DNA of 64,000 nucleotides from an uncultured bacterium (GTDB lineage Bacteria; Oederibacteriota; JAAXVQ01): NCBI GenBank assembly GCA_964604705.1, contig CAZSAP010000005.1, positions 85,218 to 149,217 of the forward strand, read 5' to 3'. Shown piece by piece: positions 58,884 to 64,000 of this stretch (position 1 is its first letter; each line of letters starts with the position of its first letter). The notes under the pieces were generated by a model. It saw only the letters and a program-made list of their open reading frames with translations, ran no database searches and was not told where the DNA came from. The position numbers and the translations under genes were made by a program.

Positions 58884-59828
58884 ATGAAAAAGATTGGTTT
58901 GATTTTTCCCGGACAAGGATCACAAAGCGTGGGCATGGGGAAGGCGTTGTACGATGCTTTTCCAACAGCCCGTGAGGTTTTCGAAACCGCCAACCGTGTT
59001 TTAGGGTTGGATATAACCAAGATTATTTTTGAAGGTCCGGATACGGAATTAAATCGTACCGATGTCGCCCAACCGGCTTTGTTGACCGTGGAAGTGGCGG
59101 CTTGGAGGGCCTTGACCAGTCGTTGGTCAGCCCCGGTTGAGGCCTGCTTGGCAGCGGGGCATTCGTTGGGTGAGTATGCCGCGTGGGTGGCTGCGGGCGT
59201 ACTGGACCTGGAAACGGCATTAAAGACGGTTCAAATCCGCGGACGCCTCATGCAGGATGCCGCCCAGAAGGTCCAAGGCGGGATGGCGGCTATTTTGGGA
59301 TCAACTCCCGAAGAGATTCGCGCCGTATGTCAGGCCGCGGATGCCGACGGAGCGGTCCAGCCGGCCAACTACAATTGTCCAGGGCAGGTTGTGATTTCAG
59401 GTTCCAATGAAGCACTCGAACGCTTTAAGGTTTTGGCGGCCGAGAAGAAAATGAAAGTAATGCCCTTGAAGGTCTCAGGACCCTTTCACTCGAAATTTAT
59501 GCAAAGCGCCGGTGATGGTTTGGCCGAACATTTGAAACACATCGCATTTGCCGTTCCAACGTTTCCGGTCGTGGCCAATGTCACCGCCGATCTTGTGGGT
59601 CAGGTTACCGAGGTGCCCTCGCTTTTGGTTCAGCAGGTTTCGGGCTCGGTGCGTTGGGAAGAATCGGTACAACGCATGGCGGCACTAGGTGTGGATACAG
59701 TCATTGAATTGGGTCCGGGCAAGGTTTTGCGTGGGCTGATTAAGAAGATCGCTCCGGATATGAAAGCGTACGGTGCGTTTTCGGCTGAAGAGATTGAACA
59801 AGTGGTTCAGGAAGTGACTTTTTCGTAG
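58884..59828 (+). CDS. fabD: Malonyl-CoA:ACP transacylase
   Basis: FPGQGSQ, QPAL, GHSLGEY, VSGPFHS, ELGPG. Confidence 0.97.
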   Translation: MKKIGLIFPGQGSQSVGMGKALYDAFPTAREVFETANRVLGLDITKIIFEGPDTELNRTDVAQPALLTVEVAAWRALTSRWSAPVEACLAAGHSLGEYAAWVAAGVLDLETALKTVQIRGRLMQDAAQKVQGGMAAILGSTPEEIRAVCQAADADGAVQPANYNCPGQVVISGSNEALERFKVLAAEKKMKVMPLKVSGPFHSKFMQSAGDGLAEHLKHIAFAVPTFPVVANVTADLVGQVTEVPSLLVQQVSGSVRWEESVQRMAALGVDTVIELGPGKVLRGLIKKIAPDMKAYGAFSAEEIEQVVQEVTFS

Positions 59829-59870
59829 GCCCAACACCTACTATTTATTTTTGCTCAAGGAGGATTTTCA

Positions 59871-60614
59871 ATGGATTTGAAAGGCAAAGTAGCCTTGGTC
59901 ACGGGTGGAGCGCAAGGTATCGGACGTTCCATTGCCAAGGAATTGGCAATGGCAGGTGCGGATCTGGCTTTGGCCGATATTAATTTGGCACGTGTTGAGG
60001 AAACGGCTGCAGCTTTGGCCCAAGAGACCGGGTGTAAGGCTATCGGTGTGAAAATGGATGTTTCGAACATCGCCGATGCGGAAGAGGGAGTTAAAAAAAC
60101 GGTTGACAAATACGGTCGCCTCGATATATTGGTCAATAACGCGGGGGTTACCCGCGATGGTTTGATCATGCGCATGAGCGATGCAGATTGGGATTTGGTC
60201 ATTGCCATCAATCTCAAGGGTACGTTTAACTGCATTAAAGCGGTCACGCGCGGTATGTTGAAGCAGAAATCGGGGCGCATTGTGAACATTGCCTCGGTGG
60301 TCGGATTGATGGGCAACGCCGGACAAGCAAACTACTCCGCCAGCAAAGCTGGCGTCATTGGTTTAACCAAAACCACGGCCAAGGAACTAGCCTCGCGCGG
60401 CATCACAGTAAATGCGGTGGCTCCGGGTTTTATTAAAACCGCAATGACCGATGCCCTCTCCGATGAAGCCAAACAAAATCTGCAACGCCTGATTCCTTTG
60501 GGGCGTTTGGGCGAAGCAGAAGATGTCGCCAAGGCCGTTTTGTTCCTGGCCTCGGACGAAGCCGCCTATATCACGGGTCAAGTGTTGACCGTGGATGGCG
60601 GTATGGTCATGTAA
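59871..60614 (+). CDS. fabG: 3-oxoacyl-ACP reductase
   Basis: TGGAQGIG, NNAGVTRD, GQANYSASKAG, NAVAPGFI. Confidence 0.97.
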   Translation: MDLKGKVALVTGGAQGIGRSIAKELAMAGADLALADINLARVEETAAALAQETGCKAIGVKMDVSNIADAEEGVKKTVDKYGRLDILVNNAGVTRDGLIMRMSDADWDLVIAINLKGTFNCIKAVTRGMLKQKSGRIVNIASVVGLMGNAGQANYSASKAGVIGLTKTTAKELASRGITVNAVAPGFIKTAMTDALSDEAKQNLQRLIPLGRLGEAEDVAKAVLFLASDEAAYITGQVLTVDGGMVM

Positions 60615-60710
60615 CTATCGCTTCTGACGGCAAGACACTTGCGAGTGGTGTCAGAAGCTTGTGGTCGTAACATGCTGTACACACATTAAACGTAAGGAGG
60701 TGACAGAAGA

Positions 60711-60956
60711 GTGGCGTTAGAAGACAAGGTAAAAGAAATCATTGTTGATCAGCTGGGTGTGGATGCAGATGAGGTGACTCCGGAAGCGTCGTTTATTGAC
60801 GATTTGGGCGCTGATTCGCTCGACACCGTGGAGTTGGTGATGGCCCTGGAAGAGGAATTCAACATGGAAATTCCTGATGAAGAGGCCGAGAAGATCAAGA
60901 GCGTTGGCGATGCGATTGAGTACATTAAGTCGCATGCCAATGTCGCGCAGGCCTAA
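60711..60956 (+). CDS. acpP: Acyl carrier protein
   Basis: [24 protein letters not shown] start after AGGAGG. Confidence 0.99.
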   Translation: MALEDKVKEIIVDQLGVDADEVTPEASFIDDLGADSLDTVELVMALEEEFNMEIPDEEAEKIKSVGDAIEYIKSHANVAQA

Positions 60957-60980
60957 GTTTTGGCAATCGCGCAGTACCGA

Positions 60981-61020
60981 AAATCCCCCGCCCGCGGAAA
61001 CGTTGGCGGGGGACTTTTTA
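60981..61020 (+). terminator. Rho-independent terminator after acpP
   Basis: TCCCCCGCC / GGCGGGGGA hairpin followed by CTTTTT. Confidence 0.7.
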
Positions 61021-61097
61021 CTCAATCATACGCGTCTACGAACGTGTTGAGACTTTTAAGCGCTGCGGCGCAGGGTTGATCTTTCAGGAGGTAAGCT

Positions 61098-62342
61098 ATG
61101 TCAAAGCGGCGGGTCGTGGTGACCGGCCTGGGTGCGATCACGCCCCTGGGAAATTCAGTGGAAGAATTTTGGAACAATGCGACGGCCGGGAAATCCGGTA
61201 TCGGTCCAATTACCCATTTTGATATTACACAATTTGATTCCAAAATCGCCGGAGAGGTACGGAATTTTGATCCGTCTTCCATGATTGACCGGAAAGAAGT
61301 TCGCCACATGGACCTGTTTGTCCAATACACCATTTTGGCGGCGAAGGAAGCACTGATACATTCCGGATTGGATATGGAGAAGGCCAATCGTGAGCGCATC
61401 GGTGCGATCATTGGTTCCGGGATCGGCGGTATTAGCCGGTTGGAGGAACAGCACGAGATTCTGGTCAAGAAAGGCCCGAATCGCTGCTCGCCCTTCCTGA
61501 TTCCGATGATGATTCCCAACATTGCTGCCGGTCATTTGGCCATCAAGCTTGGCTTGGAAGGCCCCAACGGATGTACGGTGACGGCGTGTGCTTCGGGCAA
61601 CAGTGCTCTGGCAGATGCCACCCGCTGGATCCAGTACGGGGATGCGGACGTCATGTTCGCAGGCGGCGCTGAATCCGCCATTTGCGGGACAGCGGTAGCC
61701 GGGTTCTGTGCGGCCAAAGCCTTGTCGGTGCGCAACGATGATCCGACGCATGCCTCACGCCCCTTTGATAAAGATCGTGACGGGTTTGTCATTGGTGAAG
61801 GTGCAGGCGTGGTGGTGTTGGAATCGCTGGAGTATGCTCAAGCGCGCGGCGCCAAGATCTTGGCGGAAATTGTGGGCATTGGGCAGTCGGACGATGCGTA
61901 TCACATCACCGCACCGCATCCTGAGGGAGCGGGCGCTGCCCGCGCCATGCTCAATGCATTGCGCGACGGCGGCATCACCCCCGATCAGGTAAACTACATC
62001 AATGCGCATGGAACCTCGACCGGCTTGGGGGATATTGGCGAAACCAAAGCCATCAAGCGCGTGTTCGGGGACCTGGCTTATAAAATTCCGATTTCATCGA
62101 CCAAGTCGATGGTAGGGCATTGCTTGGGTGCGGCCGGCGGCATTGAATTCATTGCCGTGGTGAAGTCGATCCTGGATCAGAAGATTCATCCGACCGCCAA
62201 CTTGGACAATCCGGATCCGGAATGCGATTTGGATTATGTTCCGAAAGTGGCGCGGAATGTTAAAGTCACCTATGCACTTTCAAATTCATTTGGGTTCGGC
62301 GGACACAACGCTTCGGTGTTGGTCAAGCGTTTCGAACCCTAG
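61098..62342 (+). CDS. fabF: 3-oxoacyl-ACP synthase II
   Basis: RRVVVTGLG, TACASG, SRPFDKDRDGFV, NAHGTST, GHCLGAAG, NSFGFGGHN. Confidence 0.98.
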   Translation: MSKRRVVVTGLGAITPLGNSVEEFWNNATAGKSGIGPITHFDITQFDSKIAGEVRNFDPSSMIDRKEVRHMDLFVQYTILAAKEALIHSGLDMEKANRERIGAIIGSGIGGISRLEEQHEILVKKGPNRCSPFLIPMMIPNIAAGHLAIKLGLEGPNGCTVTACASGNSALADATRWIQYGDADVMFAGGAESAICGTAVAGFCAAKALSVRNDDPTHASRPFDKDRDGFVIGEGAGVVVLESLEYAQARGAKILAEIVGIGQSDDAYHITAPHPEGAGAARAMLNALRDGGITPDQVNYINAHGTSTGLGDIGETKAIKRVFGDLAYKIPISSTKSMVGHCLGAAGGIEFIAVVKSILDQKIHPTANLDNPDPECDLDYVPKVARNVKVTYALSNSFGFGGHNASVLVKRFEP

Positions 62343-62359
62343 TTGGGATATCACGCTCT

Positions 62360-63088
62360 ATGGCCACCGTGGGGCATGACGCCCAGGTAAAGGAATTTAT
62401 CCGTACCCTGGGTGCCACGACCACGCAATGGCAGGTGTTTAAGGCCGCATTGACACACGGCTCGTGTTTGAATGAGTGTGCGCCTGAAGAGGCCGATCGC
62501 ATTGAGGCCAATGAACGTTTGGAGTTTCTCGGCGATGCCGTGCTGGGTCTTATCATCGCCGAGCATTTGTATGTGCGTTTGCCGGGACATCCGGAAGGTC
62601 AGTTGTCCAAGGCCAAGGCACGTTTGGTTTCGGCGGAAATTTTGGCCCGCTATGCCCGTCGACTGGGGTTGGGCGAGTTGATCCTTCTCGGCAGGGGTGA
62701 AGAGCTAACCGGGGGGCGACAGCGGGATTCCATTTTGGCCAATGCGCTTGAAGCGGTGATCGGGGCTTGGTTTTTAACCGCAGGGTTGGATCCTGTACGC
62801 GGATTTGTACTCTCGCTTTGGGAAGATGAGTTTGAACAGGAACTGCTGAAACCCGGAGATACCGATTATAAATCCCTGCTTCAGGAGTGGAGCCAAAAGC
62901 TCAAACAGGAATTACCCACGTACAATGTAGAACGCATTCACGGTCCGGACCACAATCGGATGTACGAACTTTCCGTGTCGCTGGCTGGACGGGAATATGG
63001 ACGCGGCACGGGCCGCAGTAAGAAAGAAGCGGCACAAATTGCGGCCGCGCAGGCGTTGGCTATATTAAAAACAGAAATTTCCAAATAA
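62360..63088 (+). CDS. rnc: Ribonuclease III
   Basis: NERLEFLGDAVLG, ALEAVIGA, dsRBD DYKSLLQE...GPDH...GRSKKEAAQ. Confidence 0.97.
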   Translation: MATVGHDAQVKEFIRTLGATTTQWQVFKAALTHGSCLNECAPEEADRIEANERLEFLGDAVLGLIIAEHLYVRLPGHPEGQLSKAKARLVSAEILARYARRLGLGELILLGRGEELTGGRQRDSILANALEAVIGAWFLTAGLDPVRGFVLSLWEDEFEQELLKPGDTDYKSLLQEWSQKLKQELPTYNVERIHGPDHNRMYELSVSLAGREYGRGTGRSKKEAAQIAAAQALAILKTEISK

Positions 63089-63099
63089 GGGGAGGAAGC

Positions 63100-64000
63100 A
63101 TGAATTATTTCTTGACCGAAGAACAAAAGATGATCGTGGAAACATCACGGCAATTGGCCCAGACAAAGATCAAGCCGGTACGCCAGAAGTACGATGAAGA
63201 AGGGCATTTTCCCTGGGACATCGTTAAGGAAATGGCGGCTGCGGACTTGATGGGGTTATATATTCCGGAAGCCTACGGCGGGATGGGCGGTGGTATTTTT
63301 GCCTTGGTCTTGGCCGTAGAAGAACTCTCGAAGGTGTGCGGTGGCATTTCGCTGGCCATGGCCGCGACCGCTTTGGGTACGTTCCCGATCTTGTTGTTCG
63401 GAAATGAAGAACAGAAGCAAAAATATCTGCCGGATATTGCTTCCGGTAAGAAGCTGGCCGCTTTCGGGTTGACCGAAGCCGGAGCTGGCTCGGATGCAGG
63501 CAACATGCAAACCACGGCTGTGAAAGACGGCGATCATTACATCTTGAACGGAACCAAGCAGTGGATCACCAACGGCGGTGAGGCCGAGACCTACTCGATT
63601 ATTGCCATGACCAACAAGGCCAAGGGCAGCCGCGGCGCCACGGCGTTTATCGTGGAAAAAGGCACCCCGGGTTTTGAATTCGGTAAGAAGGAAGACAAGA
63701 TGGGTATTCGTGCCTCGGCGACACGCGAATTGATTTTCAACAATTGCCGCGTGCCAGCGAAGAACATGTTGGGCAAAGAAGGTGCCGGGTTCATCGTCGC
63801 CGTGAATACGCTGTATTGTTCGCGTCCGGGTGTGGCTGCGCAGGCGTTGGGCATTGCCGCCGGTGCGTTGGATGAAGCGGTGACCTATGCCCGTCAACGT
63901 GTCCAGTTTGGTCAGCCGATTTCCAGCATTCAAGCCGTTCAGCACATGTTGGCCGATATGGCCACGGAAACCGAAGCGGCTCGCGCCTTGGTCTATGCCA
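63100..64000 (+). CDS. Acyl-CoA dehydrogenase (3' truncated by window edge)
   Basis: Not in ORF track (no stop in window). GGAGG RBS, ATG 63100; MNYFLTEEQKMI, AFGLTEAGAGSDA, NGTKQWITNG, KMGIRAS, RVQFGQPI. Confidence 0.96.
   Translation, partial: MNYFLTEEQKMIVETSRQLAQTKIKPVRQKYDEEGHFPWDIVKEMAAADLMGLYIPEAYGGMGGGIFALVLAVEELSKVCGGISLAMAATALGTFPILLFGNEEQKQKYLPDIASGKKLAAFGLTEAGAGSDAGNMQTTAVKDGDHYILNGTKQWITNGGEAETYSIIAMTNKAKGSRGATAFIVEKGTPGFEFGKKEDKMGIRASATRELIFNNCRVPAKNMLGKEGAGFIVAVNTLYCSRPGVAAQALGIAAGALDEAVTYARQRVQFGQPISSIQAVQHMLADMATETEAARALVYA

Noticed and set aside
63256-63945. 229-aa minus-strand ORF
   Set aside because: Antisense shadow of the acyl-CoA dehydrogenase.

Overview
Bacterial window in which every supportable gene lies on the + strand. 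Housekeeping blocks: valS-nadC-birA-coaX; pgeF-yggS-proC-yggT-DUF167-PNP-mtnA; accA-amidase-GerMN; tRNA-Gly(CCC); speD-decarboxylase-dksA; gpmI-gap-pgk-tpiA-secG; yceD-rpmF-plsX-fabH-fabD-fabG-acpP-fabF-rnc-acyl-CoA dehydrogenase. A FIST plus two-histidine-kinase sensory cluster lies at 8.9-13.7 kb. An accessory cell-surface region at about 19.8-44.9 kb holds the most unusual content: (i) two PorV/PorQ-like barrel + FlgD-Ig + OmpA fusions flanking a beta-propeller/Thr-Pro-stalk/FlgD-Ig protein, resembling a wall-anchored T9SS-like module; (ii) four related outer-membrane barrel genes sharing an unrecognised repeated domain, plus a gene relic; (iii) nested in that array, a type I secretion locus whose RTX substrate is a lipase paired with an HlyC-type acyltransferase and a lipoprotein. 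A 12-mer (TGCAATTAATTT) recurs upstream of three of these units. The PorV/FlgD/TP-repeat architecture suggests a diderm candidate-phylum organism such as FCPU426; this is a tentative recollection, not a search result. All calls come from motif recognition only, and some start codons were moved from the ORF track on the basis of RBS position or overlaps.
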